NCBI GenBank assembly: GCA_030647205.1
Contig: JAUSJO010000003.1
Span: 10,602-74,601 of the forward strand
From: a bacterium
GTDB lineage: Bacteria > Patescibacteriota > CPR2 > UBA1875 > JAJYID01
Length of the DNA stretch: 64,000 bases
Reading direction: 5' to 3'
Shown: positions 1-9,586 of the stretch, one piece after another
Layout: each line of letters starts with the position of its first letter
Position numbering within the stretch: position 1 is the first letter of the stretch
Translations under genes and position numbers: made by a program
The notes under the pieces: generated by a model
What the model was told of the DNA's origin: nothing
Database searches by the model: none
What the model saw: the letters and a program-made list of their open reading frames with translations, nothing else

Positions 1-486
1 CATAACAATCGCATATTGGAATTCCCCATTGTACATATATACATATGCGCCTTGCTGGGTTACAGCCGGAGCGAATGCGTTTGGAATAAAATTCCAGATA
101 AGCCCCTGCCATTGTGTTCCGGTTCTGCCTGCAGTTTGTCTTTCACCGATAACAACACCGGATGCGACCTGTTGACCATTTGCGAGCAAAACTCGACCAT
201 CTCTAGTGACTACACCGCCAAGAGTATTTTTGTTACCAAGATCTTCTGTATAAATACCCATGTTTCCAAACATACTTTTTAGGTCTGTATGGACGCCATC
301 ACCATTGTTGATCTGGTTGATCATGTTAGTTTTATCATTTACACCACAGTTAATAACGTTTTGGGCATGGCACTCCCAAGCGTCTGCGGTTTTAGGGTTT
401 GCGGCTATTGGCACTAGCACTGCTACTGCAAGCGCTAGCATAGACACAACTCCTAGTATTCTTTTCTTTAGTTTGATATTTTTCAT
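1..486 (-). CDS. Secreted protein, N-terminal part (runs off window start; absent from ORF track)
   Basis: SD GGAGAGG then ATG at 486; open frame MKNIKLKKRILGVVSMLALAVAVLVPIAANPKTADA|WECHAQNVINCG...YVYMYNGEFQYAIVM with a Sec signal peptide and no stop before position 1. Confidence 0.8.
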   Translation of the reverse strand, partial: MKNIKLKKRILGVVSMLALAVAVLVPIAANPKTADAWECHAQNVINCGVNDKTNMINQINNGDGVHTDLKSMFGNMGIYTEDLGNKNTLGGVVTRDGRVLLANGQQVASGVVIGERQTAGRTGTQWQGLIWNFIPNAFAPAVTQQGAYVYMYNGEFQYAIVM

Positions 487-544
487 TGTCTTTTCCTCTC
501 CTTATTTACTATTTTTTAAAATTATAACTACTTTTGTGTTTCCC

Positions 545-588
545 CGGGAGCAGTCCATGATGTCGCTAATGCGACTGGACTGCTCCCG
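545..588. other. Intergenic GC-rich hairpin
   Basis: 13-bp perfect arms CGGGAGCAGTCCA/TGGACTGCTCCCG plus inner GTCGC/GCGAC; no U-tract in the direction of transcription. Confidence 0.6.
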
Positions 589-614
589 AGAATCCGGGCT
601 AAAAAATCTGGAGT

Positions 615-1298
<684 letters not shown>

Positions 1299-1319
1299 GA
1301 TTTTACACCCTCTTTCGTT

Positions 1320-1436
1320 TCAGAATAATTTTGGTGTTCCGATCAATCTTTCAACCCACCTGGTGAGCCTTTCCACTTTTTTTAAGTGGTTTTTTGTTTC
1401 TCTCATCAAGTCAGTGTATGTCGGTTTGGTTTCCAT
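1320..1436 (-). CDS. Putative 38-aa microprotein METKPTYTDLMRETKNHLKKVERLTRWVERLIGTPKLF
   Basis: SD GGTGAGAGG before ATG; lies directly upstream of the poly-Q gene. Confidence 0.5.
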   Translation of the reverse strand: METKPTYTDLMRETKNHLKKVERLTRWVERLIGTPKLF

Positions 1437-1479
1437 TTTGCCTCTCACCTGCGACTGCAACGGTAAGTATATATTCAAC

Positions 1480-1728
1480 TTTTAAATCCTCCAGAGATTT
1501 AAAAGTGATATCAAGGTGCATGTTACTGCTAAGTTTTTAGCAGCGGAATTTTGAGTTCCAGTTCTCAGAAACTCAAGCCCAAAATTCCACCGACCACATC
1601 AGGTATGGTTTACAGTTTTTGTTGTTAAAAATACAAAAGGGGGCCCTGTTTGACCCTCCCCTATATTCAACGTTCATCAACTCTTACGGTTGATATAGCA
1701 ATATATCATAAACACTATATCTTGTCAA
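1480..1728 (-). promoter_or_regulatory. sigma70 promoter plus long structured leader with two boxA-like motifs
   Basis: TTGACA(1723-1728)-17-TATATT(1700-1705); several hairpins; TGTATTTTTAACAA (1622-1635) and TGCACCTTGAT (1510-1520). Confidence 0.6.
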
Positions 1729-1857
1729 GTCTTTTTTTCCTGCTTGGGCCATTTCGACCCTATTCTAAAACAAAAACATCTCTTTTAAACTGTTAATTGT
1801 CACAAATAATATGCGTATTTTGACCCTAGCGCAAGTATTTTATCACAATATGTACCT

Positions 1858-1890
1858 AAAAAAATAGGAGCCCCTGGTTAGGAGCCCCTT
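1858..1890 (-). terminator. Intrinsic terminator
   Basis: AGGGGCTCCT-aacc-AGGGGCTCCT (pairs with G-U) followed by a T-run on the minus strand. Confidence 0.65.
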
Positions 1891-1960
1891 AAGTACAGGT
1901 CATGGTATTGTTGTCAGAGACCGTAGTTACTGCAATCAAGCAGTATTATTATGGGTTCTC

Positions 1961-2086
1961 TTAATCGTTATCGTCTTGATAGCTCTCACTTGTGCATCTA
2001 TGCCTTTGCCTGTAGTTCTTTACCTCTCTGTATAGAACGGGGGAAAAGAACAGTATAAAAAGGAGTAGGATTAGTAAATAGTTCAA
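1961..2086 (-). CDS. Putative 41-aa single-TM microprotein MNYLLILLLFILFFSPVLYREVKNYRQRHR...
   Basis: TTG start overlaps the upstream stop (TTGA); SD-like GGAAGGA; hydrophobic N-terminus and basic tail. Confidence 0.5.
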   Translation of the reverse strand: MNYLLILLLFILFFSPVLYREVKNYRQRHRCTSESYQDDND

Positions 2087-2256
2087 AGGATCTTCCTTCC
2101 TTGTTTGAGCCTTTTCTTAAGCCGGTGGTGTCTGGGTAAAACTGGCAAGAGATCAACAAACAGAGAATAGATGAACAATCTGATTTTACTTCTTGCGATG
2201 TATATCATGCCAACTATAAATATTGCTATCAGGATGAACAAAAAAGTATCTAGCAT
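2083..2256 (-). CDS. 57-aa single-TM microprotein with basic tail
   Basis: ATG at 2256 with SD GAAAGG; MLDTFLFILIAIFIVGMIYIARSK... Confidence 0.6.
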   Translation of the reverse strand: MLDTFLFILIAIFIVGMIYIARSKIRLFIYSLFVDLLPVLPRHHRLKKRLKQGRKIL

Positions 2257-2429
2257 TTTGTATGACCTTTCAGTTGTAAAGTGCACGGATGTATACCGAA
2301 GAATTTGATTGTAACCTAAGGAGAAATAAAAAAAGGAGTATTGTTGCCAGCTCCTTCTTGTTAAGGTCCAGTCGCCTTAAGCCTTTTCTAGTATAACATA
2401 CGATATTTATTTGACCAAACTCATCATGA

Positions 2430-2465
2430 AAAAAGAGGAAGCTCCGCAATATGCGGAGCTTTTTA
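2430..2465. terminator. Intrinsic (possibly bidirectional) terminator
   Basis: AAGCTCCGCA-ata-TGCGGAGCTT flanked by A/T runs. Confidence 0.7.
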
Positions 2466-2515
2466 AGTCTCGTAAGGATTGTCTATCTTCTTGTGGCGGT
2501 GGGGTACTAAGTAGC

Positions 2516-2629
2516 TTATGTATTTTGTTCCCCACCCTTTTTAACGGCCCATAGTATGAGGGATGTTCCCCCAACAACCATTATAAAGCATATGATTATA
2601 AGAAGGGTTTTTGCTGTTTCCGGACTCAT
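2516..2629 (-). CDS. 37-aa single-TM microprotein
   Basis: SD AAGGAG, ATG at 2629; MSPETAKTLLIIICFIMVVGGTSLILWAVKKGGEQNT; own promoter upstream and terminator downstream. Confidence 0.6.
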   Translation of the reverse strand: MSPETAKTLLIIICFIMVVGGTSLILWAVKKGGEQNT

Positions 2630-2772
2630 GGGTTCTCCTTCGTGGTTTTTGGTACCTTTAGTAGGATAGGAAGAGAACTTTTTTGAAGGGCTTTTTGAGT
2701 GCAAAGTGTGTACCCAAAAGATTCTTATAATATAACATAAAAGTGTGATGATTGCAAACAGATCTAGTACAG

Positions 2773-3825
2773 CTATTCGACTACAAACTCTCCTTTATAC
2801 ATCCCCATGCTGCAGGTGAAGTTGATAGTCCCGGTTTTATCAGGCGTGAACTCGAAGCTGTCTGTGCCTGTTTTTGGCAGGACCTTCTGGATATTTAGCG
2901 AGGGTACTACAAAGGCTCTGATGCATCCTAAAGTGCCGCTTGTTTTTAAGGTTACCTTTGTGGGTACGCCTTTTTTCAATTTGATGGAATCCGGTTGATA
3001 GCCGTTATCGGTAAGATTTATAGTTACTTCCTGAACTCCATTTACCGTTTGCGCACTGCTGTCTGATGAGTTTCCCCCTTCTGATGTGGGGCAGTTGCTG
3101 CCTTGGCATGGAGCCACCGAGCTGTCGTCATTTTTTAGGGAAAGGCTAATCCCGGCGAGTGTTGTACCGGTTAGGATTGTGAAAACCGCTACAAAAAGGA
3201 CCAAAACTGCCACGACCTTCTGAAAGATAGCGCTCCACTTTTCCGTCAGCGTTGAGGCGGTATAGCCTAAGATGAAGAATAATGGCGATGTTCCAAGGAC
3301 AAATGAGAACATTATCGCAGCGCCGCTTATCCCGCTTCCGGAAGAGATAGCCAGTAGCATCATGGCCTGTGTTATAGCGCATGGTAAAAGGACGGTTAGG
3401 GCACCCATAAAGATAGCACCTAGATCGCCTGAGTTTTTTGTCTGCTTCCTTACAAATTTACGGATAAATTTTGGCGGTTGTATCGAGAAATATCTAAATA
3501 TCGGATGCACATTTAGGATATTTAGTGCCAAGCCGACCATGAAGATACCAATCAGGATTTGCAGCCAGCCGCGGACTGCCGGTGATAAAGATATAAAAGA
3601 TCCAAAAAATCCAAGCAGAAATCCGAGTATCGTGTAGGCGACAAGCTTTGCGATTAAGAATAATATTACCGGCCGTGCTTTTGGCGCGGGTTTGCTCTTT
3701 TTATCTTCGAGATATTCTTTTTCCTCATCAAGGATTACGCTCGCAAGGAGCCCCCCCTGAAGTGCGACACAAGAAAGTCCGCCTGTTGTTAAACCTGTTA
3801 GAAATGCTATCCAAAGCTGGTTCAT
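2773..3825 (-). CDS. DsbD_2/sulfite-exporter-like membrane protein with C-terminal cupredoxin domain
   Basis: GGLSC..GG and LLPCAITQ motifs; C-terminal GC..FVVP...[10 protein letters not shown]. Confidence 0.85.
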   Translation of the reverse strand: MNQLWIAFLTGLTTGGLSCVALQGGLLASVILDEEKEYLEDKKSKPAPKARPVILFLIAKLVAYTILGFLLGFFGSFISLSPAVRGWLQILIGIFMVGLALNILNVHPIFRYFSIQPPKFIRKFVRKQTKNSGDLGAIFMGALTVLLPCAITQAMMLLAISSGSGISGAAIMFSFVLGTSPLFFILGYTASTLTEKWSAIFQKVVAVLVLFVAVFTILTGTTLAGISLSLKNDDSSVAPCQGSNCPTSEGGNSSDSSAQTVNGVQEVTINLTDNGYQPDSIKLKKGVPTKVTLKTSGTLGCIRAFVVPSLNIQKVLPKTGTDSFEFTPDKTGTINFTCSMGMYKGEFVVE

Positions 3826-6068
3826 ATCTTACTCCTTTTAAGTCTTAATGAATTTGAAACGACAGTTACCGAGCTGGCGGCCATGGCAGCGGAAGCTATC
3901 ATCGGGTTTAGCAAGATCCCAACAAATGGGTACAGTATCCCCGCCGCTACCGGTATTAAAACAATATTATATGCAAACGCCCAAAAAAGATTCTCCTTAA
4001 TTATTTTCATGGTGTTTCGTGACAGCTTCCATGCGCTATATACAGTGTCTAGAGAGCCGTTCATTGCAGTAATCTGTCCCGCTTCCATGGCGATATCCGT
4101 TCCTGTCCCCATAGCGATACCGATATCTGCTGTCGCAAGAGCGGGAGCGTCATTTATACCATCCCCAACCATGGCTACTTTTTGGTTCTTTTTCTGTAGT
4201 TCCTTCACTTTTTTCTCTTTATCTTCCGGTGCAACCTCGGCAAAAACATGACTTTCTTTAATCCCTGCTTTTTTGGCTATCGCCCGGGCTGTGCTTTTGT
4301 TATCTCCCGTAACCATATAGACATCTACAAGAGAGTCCTCAAAGTTTTTGATGGCTACGCGCGAGTCGTCTTTCATTGTATCGGCAATGGCTATAATCCC
4401 GACAGATTTTCCGTCAACAGCTACATAAACAGGTGTCTTTCCTTCTTTGGCATAACTTTCAGCTTGCTTGGTTAGTTTAGAAACATCAATCTTCTCCTTC
4501 TTCATCATTTTTTCATTGCCTTTTACCACCTTTTTCCCGTCAATTTCCGCCTTTATCCCTTGTCCTGAGATTGACTTGAAACCATCAGGATCAGATAGCA
4601 CCAGTCTCCTTTTTTCGGCTTCTCTAACCACAGCTTCTCCGAGCGGATGCTCCGACCTTCTTTCGGCGGAGGCAGATAGTCTCACAAGCTCGTTTTCTGA
4701 CAAACTAGAAATATTATGCACGTCTACAACTTCTGGTTCCCCTTTTGTAATAGTGCCCGTTTTGTCCAAAAGTAGAGCATCAATTTTTTGAAATTTTTCT
4801 AGGCTCTCAGCATCTTTTATTAAAATTCCTTTTTCAGCTCCCTTCCCCGTTCCGACCATTATAGCAGTTGGTGTCGCCAGACCTAGTGCGCACGGGCAGG
4901 CAATAACTACTACGGCGACCATGGTGACGAGGGCTATGCCCAAGCCGGCAAAGATATACCAGACGACAAATGTCCCGATGGCAATGGTGAGGACGGCCGG
5001 CACGAAGTATCCGGAAATAACATCGGCAAGCCTCTGGATCGGCGCTTTGGAACCTTGTGCCTCTTCAACTAGCTTTATAATTTGAGCGAGTAGTGTATCT
5101 TTCCCTACCTTTTCAGCACGAAACGTAAATGAACCGGATTTATTTATTGTAGCGCCATAGACTTGAGCGCCCACACCCTTATCGGCTGGGATTGACTCTC
5201 CTGTCACCATCGACTCATCGATGGATGATTCACCAGACAGGATTACGCCGTCAACCGGTATCCTCTCTCCTGGTCGGACAACTATTTCATCGCCAACGGC
5301 TACTTCATCTATCGGAATATCTATTTCTTTGCCGTCCCTGACTATCCTTGCCGTTTTAGGGCTTAATCCGGCGAGTTTCTTTATAGCGGAGCTGGCTTTG
5401 CCCTTAGCTCGCGCTTCGAAATATTTACCAAGTAAAACCAAGGTGATTACAACCGCCGAAACGTCGAAGTATGTACCGATGTCCTTAAAGTTGATGCCCA
5501 AACCTTCCGCAAACGTTACAAATGTACTAAATATAAATGCGGTTAATGTGCCGATAGCTATTAAAGTATCCATATTCGCATTTCGGTGCTTTAAACCTTT
5601 CAAAAATCCGGAGATAAATGTCTTGCCTACCCAGAACTGGACAGGCAGAGCGAGCAAAAACATGAGGATATTTTGGGTTTTCATCGGTATTTCGGGCGTG
5701 CCGGGGATGAGGTTCATATTCCCGAGAACCATAATAATGACTGATAAGATACCACCGACGATAACTTTTATCTTTAAATCTCGCAGGTCTTTCTTTTTTT
5801 CTACATCTTGTGCGCTCTCATGTTCCTGGGCTTCACCGTCCTCAGTCTTTATCGACTCATCAGAGTAGACATCATATCCTGTATCTTTGATGGTCTGGAT
5901 AATTTTATTTCTTGTAATGCCTTCTGGGGCTTCAATGGTTGCTTTTTCGGTCGCATAGTTCACGGTCGCCTCGGTATCGGGCAGCTTGCTTAGAGCATTT
6001 TCAAGATTCATAGCACAGCTTGCACAGTGCATGCCTTTTATTTTTAAAGTGGTTTTATTTTTTTGCAT
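3822..6068 (-). CDS. copA: Copper-translocating P1B-type ATPase
   Basis: GMHCASC HMA domain, [27 protein letters not shown] motif. Confidence 0.95.
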   Translation of the reverse strand: MQKNKTTLKIKGMHCASCAMNLENALSKLPDTEATVNYATEKATIEAPEGITRNKIIQTIKDTGYDVYSDESIKTEDGEAQEHESAQDVEKKKDLRDLKIKVIVGGILSVIIMVLGNMNLIPGTPEIPMKTQNILMFLLALPVQFWVGKTFISGFLKGLKHRNANMDTLIAIGTLTAFIFSTFVTFAEGLGINFKDIGTYFDVSAVVITLVLLGKYFEARAKGKASSAIKKLAGLSPKTARIVRDGKEIDIPIDEVAVGDEIVVRPGERIPVDGVILSGESSIDESMVTGESIPADKGVGAQVYGATINKSGSFTFRAEKVGKDTLLAQIIKLVEEAQGSKAPIQRLADVISGYFVPAVLTIAIGTFVVWYIFAGLGIALVTMVAVVVIACPCALGLATPTAIMVGTGKGAEKGILIKDAESLEKFQKIDALLLDKTGTITKGEPEVVDVHNISSLSENELVRLSASAERRSEHPLGEAVVREAEKRRLVLSDPDGFKSISGQGIKAEIDGKKVVKGNEKMMKKEKIDVSKLTKQAESYAKEGKTPVYVAVDGKSVGIIAIADTMKDDSRVAIKNFEDSLVDVYMVTGDNKSTARAIAKKAGIKESHVFAEVAPEDKEKKVKELQKKNQKVAMVGDGINDAPALATADIGIAMGTGTDIAMEAGQITAMNGSLDTVYSAWKLSRNTMKIIKENLFWAFAYNIVLIPVAAGILYPFVGILLNPMIASAAMAASSVTVVSNSLRLKRSKI

Positions 6069-6144
6069 TTTTCCCTCCTAGAAAAAACCAAAGCACGAAA
6101 CCTATCAAACTAACTCCGCCCACTGTTACTATAATCTTATCCAA
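6055..6144 (-). CDS. Putative 29-aa membrane peptide [29 protein letters not shown]
   Basis: SD AAGGAGG 6 nt before TTG; overlaps the ArsR stop and copA start. Confidence 0.6.
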   Translation of the reverse strand: MDKIIVTVGGVSLIGFVLWFFLGGKNAKK

Positions 6145-6730
6145 TGCTAGCCTCCTTTTGCCTTATCATTTCTCTGTTATTATCATTCTGAGTTTGCGAA
6201 GAATCTTGAGATCCTTCGTGCCTCAGGATGACATTACTAACTGACAGATACGTATTTGGGTCCTTTACAAACTTTTCTTTGCATCCTCTCGCGCAGAAGA
6301 AATAGTCTTCACCACCATGTTTGCAGTTATCTGCGGCCGTCTTTGCGCTTACCATCATTCCGCAGACCGGATCCTTGTACTCTTTCAGGTAATCTTCAAG
6401 CTTCATATCATCATCAATTAGTCCGGTTATATGCTTTGCCCCTTTAAATTTATTTTGCAAAACTTCACGGATTAAGTCGCTTGCCTTTAATATTTTAGAA
6501 TCGGTCAATGAATAGTAAATGTATGTTCCCTCGCGTCTCGTTTTTACGAGGTTATTTTCTCTAAGGACCATTAAATGCTGGGAAATATTTGCTTGGCGCA
6601 TATCAAGCATTTCCTCAAGCTCGCCGACAGTCAGCTCTTTTTCCCTAATCAAATGAACAATCTCCAGCCTTTTCGGGTTAGCGAGAACTTTAAAAACGTC
6701 CGCATGTAAATCAAAAATTGTTATACTCAT
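6137..6730 (-). CDS. ArsR/SmtB-family repressor fused to a YHS domain
   Basis: FKVLANPKRLEI...ISQHL..LR wHTH; KDPVCGM...YFFCARGCKEKF YHS; start moved to the SD-preceded ATG at 6730. Confidence 0.9.
   Translation of the reverse strand: MSITIFDLHADVFKVLANPKRLEIVHLIREKELTVGELEEMLDMRQANISQHLMVLRENNLVKTRREGTYIYYSLTDSKILKASDLIREVLQNKFKGAKHITGLIDDDMKLEDYLKEYKDPVCGMMVSAKTAADNCKHGGEDYFFCARGCKEKFVKDPNTYLSVSNVILRHEGSQDSSQTQNDNNREMIRQKEASIG
6183..6232. repeat. Palindromic element (GTCAT...ATGA family) inside the ArsR coding frame
   Basis: 6209-6232 is the exact reverse complement of 12750-12773. Confidence 0.8.
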
Positions 6731-6746
6731 CTCTTCTCCCCTAATA

Positions 6747-6766
6747 ATATTCAATATTCTGAATAT
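6747..6766. promoter_or_regulatory. Likely ArsR/SmtB operator
   Basis: Inverted repeat ATATTCA-N6-TGAATAT just upstream of the ArsR SD. Confidence 0.65.
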
Positions 6767-6797
6767 ATTCTCTATTCAAGAGCGTGTCAAGGAGAAA

Positions 6798-7136
6798 TTA
6801 TCTTACAATAGTAGGTTTAAAGAATTGTTCTTGGAAATTTGTTTGATTTAGAATTTCTTCATCTGTAAGCCTTGTTCCTTTTGGCACAACAACTAGTTTG
6901 TCGTCATCATCATCTAGCCTGTGTACTATAGCGATTACCTCGCCGGTGAATTTATCGAGCGGTTTATCAACTCCTAAAACGTATGCGTCCAGCTCTTCTC
7001 CGTCGGGGGCTATCACGCCAGGAATATAGCCGTAGTTTACTTCATATTCAAAACCATGCTTGGGATGTTTTGACCCAAGCGGTCTGTCCATCACAACTTC
7101 AACTTCTTTACCTATATATTCTTTATATTCAGACAT
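6798..7136 (-). CDS. Small inorganic pyrophosphatase-family protein
   Basis: DRP, YEVNYGYIPG, DGEELDAY, DDDDKL. Confidence 0.8.
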   Translation of the reverse strand: MSEYKEYIGKEVEVVMDRPLGSKHPKHGFEYEVNYGYIPGVIAPDGEELDAYVLGVDKPLDKFTGEVIAIVHRLDDDDDKLVVVPKGTRLTDEEILNQTNFQEQFFKPTIVR

Positions 7137-7162
7137 AAGATTTTACTTTAATGATATGAGCG

Positions 7163-7924
7163 CTAGACAGAAAATTCTGTCCCTAAGTTCACACCCTCTT
7201 TTATTAAGGATAATATAGCCCCGTCTTTTTTGCCATTTAGTATATTAGTGGTTATCCCGTTCTCCATTGCTTCCTCTGCTACCAAAATCTTTGAAAGCAT
7301 CCCTCCCTTACCGTTTTCGCTTTTTGTTTCGTTGACCATCGCCTTTATTTTGTCGTCAATTTTTTCGACCCGAGATATTAGGCTAGAACTCTCATCCGTT
7401 TTTGGGTCTGAAGAGTGAAGTCCGTCTACGTCTGTCAGTAGGATAAGCCTATCTGCATTTACTAGTTTGGCTAACTTTAATGCCAGCTGGTCGTTGTCGC
7501 TAAATCTTATCTCTTCATCTGCTACGGTATCATTTTCATTTATGATCGGAATAACCTTTTCTTTGAGCAGCTCCGCTATTGTTTCTTTTGCTTTTTGCTT
7601 GCTCTCGTTATCGGCTAGCTCTTTCCATGTGAGCAGTGCTTGTGCAACTAGTGTCGGATGAAATGCTTTAATCCAGGCTTCCATAAGATAACCTTGACCA
7701 ATAGCCGCTAATGCTCTTTTTCTCGCCAATGAGTTTGGCCTGTTAGTTTCACCAATATGTTTTAAGCCGGAAGAAATCGCTCCTGAGGATACAACGAGAA
7801 TTTCATAACCATCATTGTGTAATTTCGAGACATCATTTGCCAGAGAGTTTATACGCTTATAGTTTAAGCCGTTGCTTGAGGTTATAGTGTCGCTGCCTAT
7901 TTTTATCACTAATCTTTTGTTCAT
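7163..7924 (-). CDS. proB: Glutamate 5-kinase (no PUA domain)
   Basis: VIKIGS, VSSGA, AAIGQ, PIINEND, DND, LTDVDG, GGM..K; likely leaderless start at 7924. Confidence 0.9.
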   Translation of the reverse strand: MNKRLVIKIGSDTITSSNGLNYKRINSLANDVSKLHNDGYEILVVSSGAISSGLKHIGETNRPNSLARKRALAAIGQGYLMEAWIKAFHPTLVAQALLTWKELADNESKQKAKETIAELLKEKVIPIINENDTVADEEIRFSDNDQLALKLAKLVNADRLILLTDVDGLHSSDPKTDESSSLISRVEKIDDKIKAMVNETKSENGKGGMLSKILVAEEAMENGITTNILNGKKDGAILSLIKEGVNLGTEFSV

Positions 7925-7951
7925 AATGCTAAATTTTACCTCAAAATAGCC

Positions 7952-8008
7952 AAAAAGAAAAGCGGACACTCTTGGTCCGCGGATGGGCCGGATCATCGAT
8001 GTCCGGCC
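7952..8008 (-). terminator. Tandem hairpin plus terminator
   Basis: GGGCCGGA/TCCGGCCC then GCGGAC/GTCCGC with T-run. Confidence 0.6.
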
Positions 8009-8011
8009 CGC

Positions 8012-8347
8012 TTATACTCTTGGCTTGAGGGAATACTCCTGAAACACCTCGTTTAGTGTTTTAATAATAGTGCCCCATTCGGCATTACATTTTTTGATTA
8101 TAGTAATGCTTTTCTTCCGGAAGAATACGAACTCGACTTCTTCGGGCATGATCAGGTCGAACATAATGTTCCTCTCGACCAAATCAGTTTTAAGAAATGC
8201 ACTATCGTCTTTCTGCGATACTATTTCATGAATGATCTCCCATGACCATTTACCCAGCATGTCGTGAAAATTGTTTTGAGTCATTACTTTAAGCCTGCAT
8301 TTATCCCTTGAGTAGCTATGGATTGCGGGATGTTCTAATGACAGCAT
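8012..8347 (-). CDS. Orphan hypothetical protein (111 aa)
   Basis: SD GAGGAGGTGA, ATG at 8347; promoter TTGTAA(8414-8419)-17-TATAAT(8391-8396). Confidence 0.7.
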   Translation of the reverse strand: MLSLEHPAIHSYSRDKCRLKVMTQNNFHDMLGKWSWEIIHEIVSQKDDSAFLKTDLVERNIMFDLIMPEEVEFVFFRKKSITIIKKCNAEWGTIIKTLNEVFQEYSLKPRV

Positions 8348-8486
8348 TTGTCTCACCTCCTCACAGTACACTTGATTGCAAGAAGCTGTCATTATAGCTC
8401 AGAAAGTAACTGATTACAATATTTTCATCAAACGATTTAAACGGCCGTCCTAACTCTCTGGTTAGATTAACGGCCGTTTTAGAACA

Positions 8487-8675
8487 TTAGGGAGTATTGT
8501 TTTTTTGGCTTCCGGCATAGGATCCTACCCACGTAAGTGTGCTCATGTTAATTTCGGCCGTGCACCATCTACACTCTTTATGTTTCTTGTCCTTAATCTT
8601 GTTTTTACCCTTCTCGAAGTCCTCCTCAAAGAGAAACTTCTTGCAACTCGGACATATAGCATATCCAGATGGCAT
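8487..8675 (-). CDS. Small putative zinc-binding protein (62 aa)
   Basis: SD AAGGAGGGG; CPSC...CRWC. Confidence 0.7.
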   Translation of the reverse strand: MPSGYAICPSCKKFLFEEDFEKGKNKIKDKKHKECRWCTAEINMSTLTWVGSYAGSQKNNTP

Positions 8676-8788
8676 TTTGCCCCTCCTTGATTTTTGAGGT
8701 AATTTGTATAAGTTTCCCCCGATGATTTTTACCATCAGGCAAATTTAAATATATCATCGCGGAAAGGTCTTTTCTTCGGTTTATATAA

Positions 8789-8820
8789 CAAAAAAAGGAC
8801 TCGGATATTTTCCGAGCCCT
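8789..8820 (-). terminator. Intrinsic terminator
   Basis: GGGCTCGGA/TCCGAGTCC stem followed by a T-run. Confidence 0.7.
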
Positions 8821-8884
8821 GTGGACCGAGGGGACTCCCATCATTCTGGGAACCCCCAATACTTTTTGCTCTTTATTGGACGGT

Positions 8885-8965
8885 CTAAAAACCGTCGGCA
8901 AGCTCCCCGTTTGTTGGAGGGACCTTTAGAAGCATCCTGATAAATAATATGGCAGTAGCAACCAT
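8885..8965 (-). CDS. Putative 26-aa peptide MVATAILFIRMLLKVPPTNGELADGF
   Basis: SD AGGAGAAGG overlapping the previous stop. Confidence 0.4.
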   Translation of the reverse strand: MVATAILFIRMLLKVPPTNGELADGF

Positions 8966-8973
8966 TCCTTCTC

Positions 8974-9138
8974 CTAGTCTGTTTTCTGTGAGTCTTTAAT
9001 GCCGGGAGTAAACTTCCGTTTTCCTTTGCCCCATCCCTTCCCTCTTGGCTGAGGAGTTCCCCAGAAGTAGTCTCCGGTTAAGAACTCAATCACACGAAGA
9101 AGACCAAGGCCAATGGGGATCAAAAGTAACAGTGGCAT
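8974..9138 (-). CDS. 54-aa microprotein, hydrophobic N-terminus and basic tail
   Basis: SD AGGAGGAG, ATG at 9138; MPLLLLIPIGLGLLRVIEF...GKGKRK. Confidence 0.6.
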   Translation of the reverse strand: MPLLLLIPIGLGLLRVIEFLTGDYFWGTPQPRGKGWGKGKRKFTPGIKDSQKTD

Positions 9139-9155
9139 CTCTCCTCCTAATCCAG

Positions 9156-9335
9156 TTAATCCAGGGATTTTATAGAAAAAGTTCCTCTGCTCTTCTTGCT
9201 TATCTCTCCTCTCGGAAACGGGCCATGTACGATATTGTACCCATACATAGCAACACAGCAAACTACACAGATTGCACCGAGTAGTATCTGTATTATTGTG
9301 GGCAGTGATGCAAAGAAAGTGGTAACACCATCCAT
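9156..9335 (-). CDS. 59-aa single-TM microprotein (below ORF-track cutoff)
   Basis: SD AAGGAGA; MDGVTTFFASLPTIIQILLGAICVVCCVAMYGYNIVHGPFPRGEISKKSR... Confidence 0.6.
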   Translation of the reverse strand: MDGVTTFFASLPTIIQILLGAICVVCCVAMYGYNIVHGPFPRGEISKKSRGTFSIKSLD

Positions 9336-9400
9336 ACTCTTCTCCTTTTTTCTAGACTAATATGTGGATAATACAAGGGAAATGCTTTCCGGTACATTGC

Positions 9401-9493
9401 CTATCGGCAAAGCTCAAATGGTTCGTCGACTCCGTAATCTGCCGGGCAGATCATCAAAACGATTATTTTCATAGTATCAAAGAATTTTTTCAT
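9401..9493 (-). CDS. Putative 30-aa peptide MKKFFDTMKIIVLMICPADYGVDEPFELCR
   Basis: SD GGGGGGTGA; first ORF after the promoter and boxA-like motif. Confidence 0.45.
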   Translation of the reverse strand: MKKFFDTMKIIVLMICPADYGVDEPFELCR

Positions 9494-9509
9494 TTTCTCA
9501 CCCCCCGGT

Positions 9510-9561
9510 TTGTTAAAGGTACAACTTTTCAAATTATATCAAGGAAAGTTGCTTGATTCAA
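9510..9561 (-). promoter_or_regulatory. sigma70 promoter plus boxA-like motif
   Basis: TTGAAT-17-TATAAT then TGTACCTTTAACAA (9510-9523). Confidence 0.75.
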
Positions 9562-9586
9562 GTTAGGATAAGCGTAATGAAGAGTT

